Below, piece after piece: positions 1 to 8,608 of a stretch of 40,340 bases of DNA. The stretch comes from a virus: UHGV virus genome UHGV-1357953, one strand, 5' to 3'. The stretch's first letter is position 1, and every line of letters starts with the position of its first letter. The position numbers were made by a program, and so were the translations under genes. The notes under the pieces were generated by a model. That model worked only from the letters and a program-made list of their open reading frames with translations. It was not told the origin of the DNA and made no database searches.

Positions 1-55
1 CCAGACCGCGCTGGGTAAGCGTTGACAGGTTGATGAGTAAATCTGTTTCTGCGCG
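1..55. repeat. Terminal 55-bp segment, exact reverse complement of 38178..38232 (inverted overlap A)
   Basis: Direct comparison: rc(1..55) equals 38178..38232; identity stops exactly at 56/38177. Confidence 0.9.
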
Positions 56-100
56 ATCAACGTCGCGCTGTGATAGTTTGCTGTAACTTGTTTGTTCCAT
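1..100 (-). CDS. cII: cII-like activator, N-terminal 33 codons only ([33 protein letters not shown]); runs off window start, remainder inverted at 38178..38432
   Basis: ATG at 100..98 downstream of cro and nutR; frame continues into the plus-strand fragment at 38178 whose C-terminus ([18 protein letters not shown]) is lambda CII-like. Confidence 0.6.
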   Translation of the reverse strand, partial: MEQTSYSKLSQRDVDRAETDLLINLSTLTQRGL

Positions 101-185
101 TTCTTAAGATTTCCAGTAGTGAATAGTTAGTTGAAAGGTATGCGTGGAAACGCATATGGCCTTAGTTGGTCAGATATCTTGGAAC

Positions 186-231
186 TCGCTTTTCAGCGAC
201 GTAGGACGAATGTCCGTTGTTACAAAGAGCG
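186..231 (-). promoter_or_regulatory. nutR-like site: boxA cgctctttgtaaca (218..231) and boxB hairpin tcgctgaaaagcga (186..199)
   Basis: boxA resembles CGCTCTT(T)A consensus; boxB is a 5-bp stem with GAAA loop, same core GCTGAAAAGC as the nutL copy at 1462..1475; sits between cro and cII as in lambda. Confidence 0.5.
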
Positions 232-241
232 GATCCGCTTA

Positions 242-457
242 TTAAGCGGCTTTGTGTTCCGGCGGGAACACGTCATCAAGACTGACTTTTGCGCCTAACT
301 TGTTTAGGCACGCAACAAGAGCACGGCATGTTTTAAGGTCTGGGAAGCGACGACCAGATTCCCAATGTCCGATAGCTCCCTGTGTGCATCCAACTGCCTT
401 AGCAAGTGTTGTTTGAGAGATATTCAGTGACTCTCGATATTTTCGTAGGTTGCTCAT
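242..457 (-). CDS. cro: Cro-like HTH repressor (71 aa)
   Basis: Small HTH protein (QTTLAKAVGCTQGAIGHWESGRR) divergent from cI; GGAGG RBS before ATG at 457; the listed 128-aa ORF is an upstream extension. Confidence 0.75.
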   Translation of the reverse strand: MSNLRKYRESLNISQTTLAKAVGCTQGAIGHWESGRRFPDLKTCRALVACLNKLGAKVSLDDVFPPEHKAA

Positions 458-483
458 ATGCCCTCCATAGTAACCATAACGCA

Positions 484-512
484 ATAATACGATATGTACT
501 TTTAGAATGCAA
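484..512 (-). promoter_or_regulatory. pR candidate: -35 TTGCAT (512..507), 17-bp spacer, -10 TATTAT (489..484)
   Basis: Near-consensus sigma70 hexamers with 17-bp spacing ~25 nt upstream of cro; spacer contains a GTACTTTTAG operator-like motif. Confidence 0.45.
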
Positions 513-555
513 ACAAAAAATACATCTTGTGCATGGATGATTTTAGTACAGAGCG
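490..555. promoter_or_regulatory. Candidate oR operators (GTACTTTTAG at 496..505; inverted copy TTTTAGTAC at 541..549)
   Basis: Same motif family recurs at the pL region (1362..1387); position between divergent cro and cI. Confidence 0.35.
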
Positions 556-568
556 TAATAATAAGGGT

Positions 569-1228
569 ATGAAAATGAAATGGTATGAACTGGCTAGATC
601 CAGAATGAAAGAGCTCGGCATAACTCAAGAGAAGTTAGCCGAAGAGCTTGGTATGACGCAGGGTGGAATTGGTCACTGGTTGCGCGGATCTCGTCATCCA
701 TCTCTTGACGAGATTGGTGTGGTGTTTAAATACCTTGGTATTGATAACGTCTCATTCAACCACGACGGTACATTTTCACCTGTTGGCGAATACTCATCTG
801 CCCCCGTTAAAAAACAATATGAGTACCCTGTTTTTTCTCATGTTCAGGCCGGGATGTTCTCGCCTGAGCTTAGAACCTTTACCAAAGGTGATGCGGAGAG
901 ATGGGTCAGCACAACCAAAAAAGCCAGTGATTGTGCGTTTTGGCTTGAAGTTGAAGGTAATTCCATGACCGCGCCAACAGGATCCAAGCCAAGCTTTCCT
1001 GACGGGATGTTAATTCTCGTTGACCCTGAGCAGGCTGTTGAGCCAGGTGATTTCTGCATAGCCAGACTTGGTGGTGACGAGTTTACCTTCAAGAAACTGA
1101 TCAGGGATAGCGGTCAGGTGTTCCTACAACCACTAAACCCGCAATATCCAATGATTCCATGCAATGATAGCTGTTCCGTAGTAGGGAAAGTTATCGCTAG
1201 CCAGTGGCCTGAAGAGACATTTAGTTAA
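569..1228 (+). CDS. cI: CI immunity repressor: distinct N-terminal HTH domain fused to a lambda CI-like C-terminal S24 domain (GNSM Ser and FKK Lys present)
   Basis: C-terminal ~105 residues ([58 protein letters not shown]) match lambda CI as recalled; start at 569 or 575 (ORF listed from 527). Confidence 0.9.
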   Translation: MKMKWYELARSRMKELGITQEKLAEELGMTQGGIGHWLRGSRHPSLDEIGVVFKYLGIDNVSFNHDGTFSPVGEYSSAPVKKQYEYPVFSHVQAGMFSPELRTFTKGDAERWVSTTKKASDCAFWLEVEGNSMTAPTGSKPSFPDGMLILVDPEQAVEPGDFCIARLGGDEFTFKKLIRDSGQVFLQPLNPQYPMIPCNDSCSVVGKVIASQWPEETFS

Positions 1229-1260
1229 CAGCCTCACCACTCTAAAACACACAACAATAA

Positions 1261-1290
1261 CCCGACCTTAGCGTCGGGTTTTCTTTTTCC
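1261..1290 (+). terminator. Rho-independent terminator after cI
   Basis: Stem cccgac/gtcggg with 6-nt loop followed by ttttctttttcc. Confidence 0.6.
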
Positions 1291-1354
1291 AAAATATAAA
1301 CCCATTAAATACAAAGCGTTATAAAAAACTAAACCATATTTAGAACATTTTGTA

Positions 1355-1383
1355 TTGACTCAGTAAAGTACACATCGTACTAT
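1355..1383 (+). promoter_or_regulatory. pL candidate: -35 TTGACT (1355..1360), 17-bp spacer, -10 TACTAT (1378..1383)
   Basis: Consensus-like hexamers; overlapped by GTACT-containing operator-like repeats (AGTAAAGTAC 1362..1371, GTACTATTTAG 1377..1387). Confidence 0.45.
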
Positions 1384-1427
1384 TTAGCCATCAGCAGGAA
1401 GCTGGAAGCCAAACGGAACAGACTGGC

Positions 1428-1475
1428 AGGCTCTTTAAACAACGTCGAACACTCGACTACGTGGCTGAAAAGCCA
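1428..1475 (+). promoter_or_regulatory. nutL-like site: boxA ggctctttaaac (1428..1439), boxB hairpin tggctgaaaagcca (1462..1475)
   Basis: boxA close to the rrn/lambda boxA consensus; boxB stem-loop with GAAA loop; located between pL and N. Confidence 0.5.
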
Positions 1476-1500
1476 GATCACCCAACCACATAAGCTGTGG

Positions 1501-1548
1501 GATGCAATGCCGAAGCAACCGTCTCAGGAGGGGCTTCGAGATTGCATC
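1501..1548 (+). promoter_or_regulatory. Structured N leader hairpin (gatgcaat..attgcatc with inner ccgaagc/gcttcg)
   Basis: 8-bp plus 6-bp inverted repeats between nutL and the N RBS, analogous in position to the lambda N-leader RNase III hairpin. Confidence 0.35.
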
Positions 1549-1573
1549 GCCAAAGTTTATTCGGGAGGAATCT

Positions 1574-1846
1574 ATGTCCAGAAAAACAGAATTTAAAGGA
1601 ACCGCAGCTTCTCGCCGTAGAGCTCGTCGTGCAAATCTGCAAAGTCAGGAGGCGATCAGCTCCGACAAGCTACACAGGCCAACCCCTTCACGAGTGGTCT
1701 TGCAATGCAAGCGCAAACCAGCAATGAGAGCAGAAGTGATAACTCTGACAACGTTGACCAGAAAATATGAAGGTTCAACTTGTCTTCCAAACGTAGCTCT
1801 TTACGCGGCAGGCTACCGGAAATCCAAACAACTGACAGCAAGATGA
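1574..1846 (+). CDS. N: N-like antitermination protein with N-terminal arginine-rich motif (SRRRARRANLQSQ)
   Basis: ARM resembles lambda N (RRRERRAEKQAQW); GGGAGGA RBS before ATG 1574; first gene after pL-nutL. Confidence 0.7.
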   Translation: MSRKTEFKGTAASRRRARRANLQSQEAISSDKLHRPTPSRVVLQCKRKPAMRAEVITLTTLTRKYEGSTCLPNVALYAAGYRKSKQLTAR

Positions 1847-1904
1847 CTTGTGTTGGTCGCCAGAAAATGAAATTAGGCAGCAAACCACTTATTTGAGGTG
1901 ATAT

Positions 1905-2156
1905 ATGGAATTTCATGAAAGTGCGATTTATGATTTTCGCGCTAACGCAAATTCAGTAAAACCACAGCCAATTGCAGTTCTTTTTAAAACAATGGGTGCG
2001 TGGGCTGTTTTATGCTTCGCCGCTGATGACACTGATGCAAGAATGGCAATAGGCCAAGAGATGGAGATGGACCCGACAAACGATGAATTCATAATTTATG
2101 GCGCTCCATCTAATTACTTACTTGATACCTGCAACATTTACAACAAGGCTGCCTGA
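1905..2156 (+). CDS. Hypothetical early protein (83 aa)
   Basis: ORF with GAGGTGA RBS; stop codon lies inside the following terminator hairpin. Confidence 0.5.
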   Translation: MEFHESAIYDFRANANSVKPQPIAVLFKTMGAWAVLCFAADDTDARMAIGQEMEMDPTNDEFIIYGAPSNYLLDTCNIYNKAA

Positions 2157-2173
2157 TGGTGGCCTTTATTTTT
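2147..2173 (+). terminator. Intrinsic terminator
   Basis: ggcugcc/ggugGcc stem (two G-U pairs), UGAU loop, then tttatttttgg. Confidence 0.45.
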
Positions 2174-2195
2174 GGCATAAACAACAGAGGCTAAC

Positions 2196-2492
2196 ATGGA
2201 ATTTAAAGGTACTGAAGGTAAGTGGGAAATAATGATGGATGGCGATGAGATTAAAATCATCCAGGCAGACTCACTTGAAAATGGCGCAGGCTGGCGTTCG
2301 TATATTGCAATCTGTGAGGAAGTTCAATGCATTGAAGATGCCAATCTAATAGCGGCAGCACCTGACCTTCTCGAAGCACTTCAGTTATTACTTAAGCAAA
2401 CCAAAAATAGAACAACGACAACATATCCAGAATGGTATGGAGCTGTTAATAAAGGTCTTGCAGCAATCAGAAAAGCTCTTGGGGAAGAATGA
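2196..2492 (+). CDS. Hypothetical protein with Ea22-like motif (NLIAAAPDLLEALQ)
   Basis: ORF with RBS; shares the motif with the larger protein at 6649..7467. Confidence 0.55.
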   Translation: MEFKGTEGKWEIMMDGDEIKIIQADSLENGAGWRSYIAICEEVQCIEDANLIAAAPDLLEALQLLLKQTKNRTTTTYPEWYGAVNKGLAAIRKALGEE

Positions 2493-2650
2493 TGAATAAG
2501 AAATACATTGTTGAAGTTATAGAGCGAGAAACGAAAGAAGTAATCAAACATTTCGAATTTGATAATTATAGAAAAGCTGACCGCGTAGAAGAAGGATTGT
2601 TGCGACAAAGTAATCTCGAAAAATTTGATGTTGTCATGCGATGCGAATAA
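2489..2650 (+). CDS. Small hypothetical protein (53 aa), below ORF-track cutoff
   Basis: ATGATG start overlapping the upstream TGA; translated by hand. Confidence 0.3.
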   Translation: MMNKKYIVEVIERETKEVIKHFEFDNYRKADRVEEGLLRQSNLEKFDVVMRCE

Positions 2651-2743
2651 GCGCCTATAGCAGATTTACGAGTCTGCTATGTGAGCAATGTCGCTCGTAA
2701 CTAAACAGGAGCCGACTTGTTCTGATTATTGGAAATCTTCTTT

Positions 2744-2770
2744 GCCCTCCAATGTGAGGGCGATTTTTTA
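2744..2770 (+). terminator. Intrinsic terminator
   Basis: gccctc/gagggc stem, 6-nt loop, then gattttttatctg. Confidence 0.5.
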
Positions 2771-2789
2771 TCTGTGAGGATATGAACAG

Positions 2790-3158
2790 ATGTCAAACAT
2801 CAAAAAATACATCATTGATTACGACTGGAAAGCATCAATAGAAATTGAAATCGACCATGACGTAATGACAGAGGAAAAACTTCACCAGATTAATAATTTC
2901 TGGTCAGACTCTGAATACCGACTCAATAAACACGGCGCTGTATTAAATGCTGTATTAATCATGCTGGCGCAACATGCTCTGCTTATAGCAATTTCGAAAG
3001 ACTTAAATGCATATGGTGTTGTTTGTGAGTTCGACTGGGATGATGGAAATGGTCAGGAAGGATGGCCTCCAATGGATGGTAGCGAAGGAATAAGAATTAC
3101 CGATATCGACACATCAGGAATATTTGATTCAGATGATATGACTATCAAAGCCGCCTGA
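2790..3158 (+). CDS. Hypothetical early protein (122 aa)
   Basis: ORF with GAGGA RBS. Confidence 0.5.
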   Translation: MSNIKKYIIDYDWKASIEIEIDHDVMTEEKLHQINNFWSDSEYRLNKHGAVLNAVLIMLAQHALLIAISKDLNAYGVVCEFDWDDGNGQEGWPPMDGSEGIRITDIDTSGIFDSDDMTIKAA

Positions 3159-3192
3159 GAGCGTTTTTAAAGAATACAACGAAGGAGGATAT

Positions 3193-4161
3193 ATGAGTGA
3201 AGTAACAGATTTAGTTGTTATTGAAAAAGCAAATGCAATGACTGTATTTCAGTCTTCCGACCAGATTGAAGAAATCCTTCAAAAGGTTGAACGTGAAGTT
3301 ATGTCCTTTGTGCCTGATATCACAACGGCAAAGGGCAGAAAGGAGATCGCTTCTCTGGCGTATAAAGTTGCGCAGACGAAAACATATCTCGATGGTCTTG
3401 GCAAAGACCTTGTTGCTGAACTGAAGGAAATTCCAAAGCTAATTGATGCCAACCGCAAGACAGTGCGTGATCGCCTTGATGAGCTGAAAGCCAAGGCACG
3501 CCAGCCTCTTACTGATTATGAGGAAGAACAGGCGCGGATTAAAGCCGAAGAAGAAGCTAAGGCAGCAGCTGAAGCTCTCGCAAAGCAAATTGAGTCTGAC
3601 CATGAAATAGCGATTTTGATGGATCGCGAATTTGACCGCCAAAGAGAAGAGGCAAGACTCAAAGCGGAGCAGGAAAAGCGAGAGCATGAAGAACGATTAA
3701 AAAGAGAAGCTGAAGAGAAAGCCAGAGCAGAAGCCGAAGCAAAGGCAAAAGCCGAAATTGAAGCAGCAGCAAGGCGAGAAGCAGAAGCTAAGGCCGCAGC
3801 AGAACGTGCAGAGCGTGAACGCATTGAAGCCGAGCAACGAGCACAGCGCGAAGCAAAAGAGGCAGCAGAACGAGCTGAAAGAGAAAAGCAGGCAGCAATT
3901 GAAGCAGAACGCAGAAAAGCACAGGAGGAGGCTGAACAAATCCGTCGCGATGCTGAAGCAAAAGAGCAAGCCAGAATAGCAGAAGAAAAAAGAATCAAGG
4001 ACGAAGAAGAGCGTAGAGCAAAGGATAAAGATCACCGGAAAGAAGTAAATAACAAAATACTTGCTGACCTTATCAAGGTTGGCGCATCAGAAGATGTTGC
4101 TAAAAATATCATAACAGCCATCGTAAAAGGCGAAGTATTCGCAACAAAAATAACCTACTAA
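3193..4161 (+). CDS. Hypothetical protein with long E/R/K/A-rich predicted single alpha-helix / coiled-coil region (322 aa)
   Basis: Strong RBS (gaaggagg); residues ~110-280 are almost entirely A/E/K/R repeats; minus-strand ORFs at 3516..4035 are shadows of this repeat. Confidence 0.6.
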   Translation: MSEVTDLVVIEKANAMTVFQSSDQIEEILQKVEREVMSFVPDITTAKGRKEIASLAYKVAQTKTYLDGLGKDLVAELKEIPKLIDANRKTVRDRLDELKAKARQPLTDYEEEQARIKAEEEAKAAAEALAKQIESDHEIAILMDREFDRQREEARLKAEQEKREHEERLKREAEEKARAEAEAKAKAEIEAAARREAEAKAAAERAERERIEAEQRAQREAKEAAERAEREKQAAIEAERRKAQEEAEQIRRDAEAKEQARIAEEKRIKDEEERRAKDKDHRKEVNNKILADLIKVGASEDVAKNIITAIVKGEVFATKITY

Positions 4162-4185
4162 TAAAACCAACATAAGGAACCACCC

Positions 4186-4317
4186 ATGATTTACGCAATC
4201 GCGGGAGGCGCTCGCATGGGTGCCTTCCAACTAAATGAATCTTTACTTGAACGAATCACCCGTAAATTACGTGACGGATGGAAAAGAGTTGAGGTCTTAT
4301 TATGCGCAATGAAATAG
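4186..4317 (+). CDS. cIII: CIII-like small protein (43 aa)
   Basis: Hand-translated MIYAIAGG..ESLLERITRKLRDGWKR matches the lambda CIII core as recalled; AAGGAA RBS. Confidence 0.6.
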   Translation: MIYAIAGGARMGAFQLNESLLERITRKLRDGWKRVEVLLCAMK

Positions 4318-4454
4318 CCATCAATCACCAGATGCTTCGTGCTGCACAGAACAAAGCAGTAATAGCCAGATTTATTGGTGATTCAAAAATGTGGCTTGAA
4401 GCAAATAAAGCGATGAAATCAGCTATCAACCTTCCGTGGTATCGCAGGAAATGA
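4302..4454 (+). CDS. Kil-like small protein (50 aa)
   Basis: Position after cIII and FIGD.KM-type motif; identity uncertain. Confidence 0.35.
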   Translation: MRNEIAINHQMLRAAQNKAVIARFIGDSKMWLEANKAMKSAINLPWYRRK

Positions 4455-4609
4455 GTTTTACAGATAACTGGTCAGACGAAGAATTCATTCGTCAGATGAA
4501 AGAATTAATCGGTAACGAAGGAGATATTCATGTCACTTGCAACCACAGTGAAGGAGAGCAAGTTACAGAGACGCATGTACACGCAGAAAGCTCTCTGGTA
4601 TCGCCATAA
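4451..4609 (+). CDS. Small hypothetical protein (52 aa)
   Basis: ATGA overlap with upstream gene; hand-translated. Confidence 0.3.
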   Translation: MSFTDNWSDEEFIRQMKELIGNEGDIHVTCNHSEGEQVTETHVHAESSLVSP

Positions 4610-4708
4610 TGGTGACCGCGAAGGAATGCGGGTATGCCTTAATTTGTCCCGAGTCGAAGTATTAAATCAGCGTTATTTCCTTGGGCCGTGTCCATTCTGA
4701 GGTGAATT

Positions 4709-5416
4709 ATGGATTTGAACAAATTCGATGAGCCATTCAGCCCTGAAGATATCGAATGGCGAATACAGCAAAGCGGTAAAACACGCGATGGCAAGGTGTG
4801 GGCTATGGTGCTGGCTTATGTCACGAACCGGGCAATCATGAAACGCCTGGACGATGTTTGCGGCAAAGCAGGATGGCGCAATGAATACCGCGATATTCCC
4901 AACAACGGCGGAGTTGAATGCGGCATATCAATCAAGATTGATTCCGAATGGGTAACCAAATGGGATGCTGCTGAAAACACGCAGGTAGAAGCCGTCAAAG
5001 GTGGTCGTTCCGGTGCAATGAAGCGTGCTGCCGTTCAGTGGGGAATCGGTCGGTATCTGTATAACCTTGAGGAAGGTTTCGCACAAACATCTCTCGATAA
5101 AAAGCAGGGGTGGCACAGGGCAAAACTGAAGGATGGAACAGGATTTTACTGGTCCCCTCCATCGCTGCCGGGATGGGCAATCCCAGCATCAGATAACAAA
5201 CCATCACCAGAAAATACCAACCAGAAATCTCCATCGGTTGACTGCGAACAAATCCTGAAAGACTTCAGCGATTATGCGTCAACAGAAACTGACAAGAAAA
5301 AACTCATCGAGCGTTATCAGCGTGACTGGCAATTAATGGCTGGCAACGAGGAGGCGCAGGCTAAATGCGTTCAGGTAATGAACATCAGAGTTAACGAACT
5401 AAAACAGGCGGCATAG
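4709..5416 (+). CDS. Rad52-family single-strand annealing protein (Sak-like)
   Basis: Motif GAMKRAAVQWGIGRYLY resembles the Rad52/Sak signature; immediately upstream of ssb. Confidence 0.6.
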   Translation: MDLNKFDEPFSPEDIEWRIQQSGKTRDGKVWAMVLAYVTNRAIMKRLDDVCGKAGWRNEYRDIPNNGGVECGISIKIDSEWVTKWDAAENTQVEAVKGGRSGAMKRAAVQWGIGRYLYNLEEGFAQTSLDKKQGWHRAKLKDGTGFYWSPPSLPGWAIPASDNKPSPENTNQKSPSVDCEQILKDFSDYASTETDKKKLIERYQRDWQLMAGNEEAQAKCVQVMNIRVNELKQAA

Positions 5417-5923
5417 ATGGCAAGCAGAGGCGTAAATAAGGTGATTATCCTTGGTCGGGTAGGACAAGACCCGGAAGTTCGATACTCACCATCAGGAACA
5501 GCGTTCGCTAACCTGACAATAGCCACGTCAGAACAATGGCGAGATAAAAATACTGGCGAGCAAAAGGAATTGACTGAATGGCATCGTGTTGCTGTATCCG
5601 GGAAACTGGCTGAGGTCGTGGGGCAGTATGTGAAAAAAGGTGATCAGATTTATTTCGAGGGAATGCTGAGAACCAGAAAGTGGAAAGACCAGTCAGGGCA
5701 AGACCGTTACACAACCGAGGTTCATGTCGGAATTAATGGCGTGATGCAAATGCTTGGCAGCATTGGCGACAGCAAACAACAAGCAGCCAGCAGGCAATCA
5801 CAGAAGCCACAGCAGCAATCATCACCAGCACAACACAACGAACCTCCGATGGATTTTGACGACGATATACCCTTTGCACCAGTAACTCTCCCCTTCCCTC
5901 GTCACGCTATTCACGCAATTTAA
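5417..5923 (+). CDS. ssb: Single-stranded DNA-binding protein
   Basis: OB-fold N-terminus ([18 protein letters not shown]), Gln-rich linker and C-terminal acidic tip DFDDDIPF. Confidence 0.9.
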   Translation: MASRGVNKVIILGRVGQDPEVRYSPSGTAFANLTIATSEQWRDKNTGEQKELTEWHRVAVSGKLAEVVGQYVKKGDQIYFEGMLRTRKWKDQSGQDRYTTEVHVGINGVMQMLGSIGDSKQQAASRQSQKPQQQSSPAQHNEPPMDFDDDIPFAPVTLPFPRHAIHAI

Positions 5924-5936
5924 TCAGGAGAAAATC

Positions 5937-6233
5937 ATGCCAGCGCCTCAGTATGGTGCGGATGACCCGCGCCGCTGTTCCGGTAATTCCGTATCGGAGG
6001 TGCTGGATAAATTCAGGAAAAACTACGACCGGATAATGTCGCTACCGCAGGAAACGAAAGAGGAAAAGGAATTTCGCCATTGTATATGGCTTGCAGAGAA
6101 AGAAGAACGCGAGCGAATTTACCAGACATTAATCCGACCATTCCGCAAAGCCACATATACCAACTTCCCTGAATATATCGACCCGCGCCTGCGTAATTAC
6201 CGCTCACGCTATGGCGCTATCAGTAATGACTGA
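5937..6233 (+). CDS. Hypothetical protein (98 aa)
   Basis: ORF with GGAG RBS. Confidence 0.5.
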   Translation: MPAPQYGADDPRRCSGNSVSEVLDKFRKNYDRIMSLPQETKEEKEFRHCIWLAEKEERERIYQTLIRPFRKATYTNFPEYIDPRLRNYRSRYGAISND

Positions 6234-6243
6234 GGAATTTACC

Positions 6244-6411
6244 ATGAGAGGACTTGCATACAATCCCGGCATTCTTCCGGCAGAAATGATTATTCGCCAA
6301 CGCGTAAAGCCAATGCCATCGAGAGAGGAATTGCTTAAGAGAAAGAGTTTCGGTTCTGTTAACGACAACAGATATCTGAATGCGACGTGGCGCAAAGGAG
6401 GCAACCAGTGA
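6244..6411 (+). CDS. Small hypothetical protein (55 aa)
   Basis: Internal ATG with GAGGAA RBS; the listed 6211 start overlaps the upstream gene. Confidence 0.35.
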   Translation: MRGLAYNPGILPAEMIIRQRVKPMPSREELLKRKSFGSVNDNRYLNATWRKGGNQ

Positions 6412-6662
6412 GTAATTCAGCACGACTACAGCTTGGTTTTTCACCGCTATCAAAAACTATCATGCTGGCAAAAATGCGCGATGTTGAAGGTGGACGTATG
6501 CGCGTTGGCAATGATCCAGGTCGTGATGTTACCAATGAGGCTGCTCAATTGGTGTGGCGACTGGTCATGGCTGAAGGTGGTGAGATCGCGTGGGAGCTGG
6601 ATGATGGTTCTCGCATGGTGTTGAAGGCAGAAAAGCAGGAGGCAACCAGTGAGCAAGATTGA
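6408..6662 (+). CDS. Hypothetical protein, GTG start
   Basis: GTG preceded by aaaggaggcaaccag; the same 16-nt RBS-start module recurs at 6637..6652. Confidence 0.4.
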   Translation: MSNSARLQLGFSPLSKTIMLAKMRDVEGGRMRVGNDPGRDVTNEAAQLVWRLVMAEGGEIAWELDDGSRMVLKAEKQEATSEQD

Positions 6663-7467
6663 CTATCAGGCACTGCGTGCCAAGGCAGAAAAAGCAACGT
6701 GTGGTGTATGGTCGCTCGAATATGGAGAGAGCCGATTTGATTGTGATGATGCGCTAATTCATCGTGACGTTGTTGGATATCTTCCCATTTGCAGAATTGA
6801 AGGAGCGCATCCTGAAAGCGGTTTCGATGAAGATTTCCAAATGGAACAGCAGGCCAATGCTGAATTCATCGCCGCAGCTAATCCGGCTACCGTCTTGGCA
6901 TTACTGGATGAACGGGAAAGAAACCAGCAATACATCAAACGCCGCGACCAGGAGAACGAGGATATTGCGCTAACGGTAGGGAAGCTGCGCGTTGAGCTGG
7001 AAGGCAAAGACAGCAAAATAGCCAATCTTACCGCCGAACGCGATGCTCTTCGTGAAGGTGAGATGGGCGACGCTAGGCATAGCAACACACGGGCCGCAGC
7101 TGATATCTACTTCCAACTGGTCGAGGAGTGCGAAATTCCTGCTGGCGGTTCTCTGGTCGAGTACGTTGACGATATGCGAGAGAAGCTGGAAGCCTCAGAG
7201 AAGCGCATTGCAGAACTGAAAAGCAACGAAGTCCGTGAAGTCGGAAATCAGTTTCTTGTTGTTCGCCATCCTGGGAAAACTCCTGTCATCAAGCACTGCA
7301 CTGGTGACCTGGAAGAGTTTCTGCGGAAGTTAATCGAACAAGACCCGTTAGTAACTATCGACATCATTACGCATCGCTATTACGGGATTGGCGGTCAATG
7401 GGTTCAGGATGCAGTTGAGTATCTGCATATGATGTCTGACGCTGGCATTCGCATCAAAGGAGAGTGA
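6649..7467 (+). CDS. Ead/Ea22-like protein (272 aa)
   Basis: Motif NAEFIAAANPATVLALLDE plus central coiled coil; GTG start. Confidence 0.55.
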   Translation: MSKIDYQALRAKAEKATCGVWSLEYGESRFDCDDALIHRDVVGYLPICRIEGAHPESGFDEDFQMEQQANAEFIAAANPATVLALLDERERNQQYIKRRDQENEDIALTVGKLRVELEGKDSKIANLTAERDALREGEMGDARHSNTRAAADIYFQLVEECEIPAGGSLVEYVDDMREKLEASEKRIAELKSNEVREVGNQFLVVRHPGKTPVIKHCTGDLEEFLRKLIEQDPLVTIDIITHRYYGIGGQWVQDAVEYLHMMSDAGIRIKGE

Positions 7468-7468
7468 C

Positions 7469-8224
7469 ATGACCACTTTTACCGACAAAGAACTGATTAA
7501 AGAAATCAAAGAGCGAATCGGCAGCCTGGACGTGCGAGACAATATTGAGCGCCGTGCTTATGAAATTGCTCTGGCATCGCTGGAAGCAGAGCCGGTGGCG
7601 TGGATGCGTGATGACGCAGATGGTCGTGAGTATAACGCTCGCAATGAATTTTCTGGTGGAGGGGGAGGAGTTCCACTCTACGCCACCCCTCCAGCGCCAG
7701 TAGTACCGGAAGAAAAACCAATTCCTAATCCTCTTAGCATGTACGCGGTTGATGCGGTTGCCGCTATTGCAGAGGTAAGAGGCTGGAACGCCTGCCGCGC
7801 TGCCATGCTTCATAGTGCCGAACCTGCAAGTAATCATGAAGAGTTGCCGCTTGATTATCTCCAAGGTCAAAAAGATGGTCTTGAATGGGCTGCGCAGCTT
7901 GCAGAAGCAAATCACCCACAAACTGGCGACTGGCTTTACGATGACCCGCTGGAGCTGGCTAAAGCTATCAGAAAAGGTCCTGACATGCCCGAATTCGATG
8001 GACCAACTCCGGTAAATCCGGATGGTTGGATAAGCTGTAGTGAGCGAATGCCGGAAGAAACGGGTGACATTATTGTTGTTTCGGATGGCATTGTAATGTC
8101 AGGGATTTCTTATTCTCGTCGTGACGGGTTCTATATAGCCGCATTGGAGTACGACGACGATGAGCCAATTGGCGGTGTAACCCACTGGATGCTGCTACCG
8201 GAGCCGCCGCAGGAGGTGAAGTGA
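7469..8224 (+). CDS. DUF551-domain protein (251 aa)
   Basis: C-terminal GWISCSERMPEE...GGVTHWMLLPEPP matches the DUF551 signature. Confidence 0.65.
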   Translation: MTTFTDKELIKEIKERIGSLDVRDNIERRAYEIALASLEAEPVAWMRDDADGREYNARNEFSGGGGGVPLYATPPAPVVPEEKPIPNPLSMYAVDAVAAIAEVRGWNACRAAMLHSAEPASNHEELPLDYLQGQKDGLEWAAQLAEANHPQTGDWLYDDPLELAKAIRKGPDMPEFDGPTPVNPDGWISCSERMPEETGDIIVVSDGIVMSGISYSRRDGFYIAALEYDDDEPIGGVTHWMLLPEPPQEVK

Positions 8225-8508
8225 TGGACTCCTTCGCGAAATATACGATTATTGACTGGATAGCATTCCTTCAGGTTTTGCTCATCTGGTTTTATATGGC
8301 TTACAGGAGTGGACAGTGGATTGTCAGTGTAGCCTGTAGCAAGGGATGGCGTTGGTGGAACCGAAAGAATAAAAAAGCACTGGCATTGGATTCGTTTTAC
8401 GAAGCATTCAATCTTAACAGCCTTCAGCCTGGTTCTGTCATTGTAGTCACCACTCAAAGCGGCATGACGATACAAATTCACAAGCCAAAGGAGGAAGGTC
8501 GTGGCTAA
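8224..8508 (+). CDS. Hypothetical protein with N-terminal hydrophobic segment (94 aa)
   Basis: ATG 8224 with AGGAGG RBS (listed start 8221 is GTG). Confidence 0.45.
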   Translation: MDSFAKYTIIDWIAFLQVLLIWFYMAYRSGQWIVSVACSKGWRWWNRKNKKALALDSFYEAFNLNSLQPGSVIVVTTQSGMTIQIHKPKEEGRG

Positions 8509-8540
8509 CCTGCAACTTGCCGTTAAAGGTGAATAACAAT

Positions 8541-8596
8541 CCTCGCACTCGCGGGGATTTCTTTTATCTGAACTCGCTACGGCGAGTTTTGTTTTA
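8541..8596 (+). terminator. Two tandem intrinsic terminators
   Basis: cctcgc/gcgggg hairpin then atttcttttat; aactcgc/gcgagtt hairpin then ttttgttttat. Confidence 0.5.
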
Positions 8597-8608
8597 TGGA
8601 GATGATAA

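Noticed and set aside
1497-1727. ORF 1497..1727 and the long 1502..1846 form of N
   Set aside because: Overlap the nut and leader region; the start at 1574 has the RBS and places the arginine-rich motif at the N-terminus.
3516-4035. Minus-strand ORFs 3516..3998 and 3697..4035 (Ser/Ala/Cys/Phe-rich)
   Set aside because: Antisense shadow ORFs of the A/E/K/R repeat in the plus-strand gene; low-complexity, no RBS.
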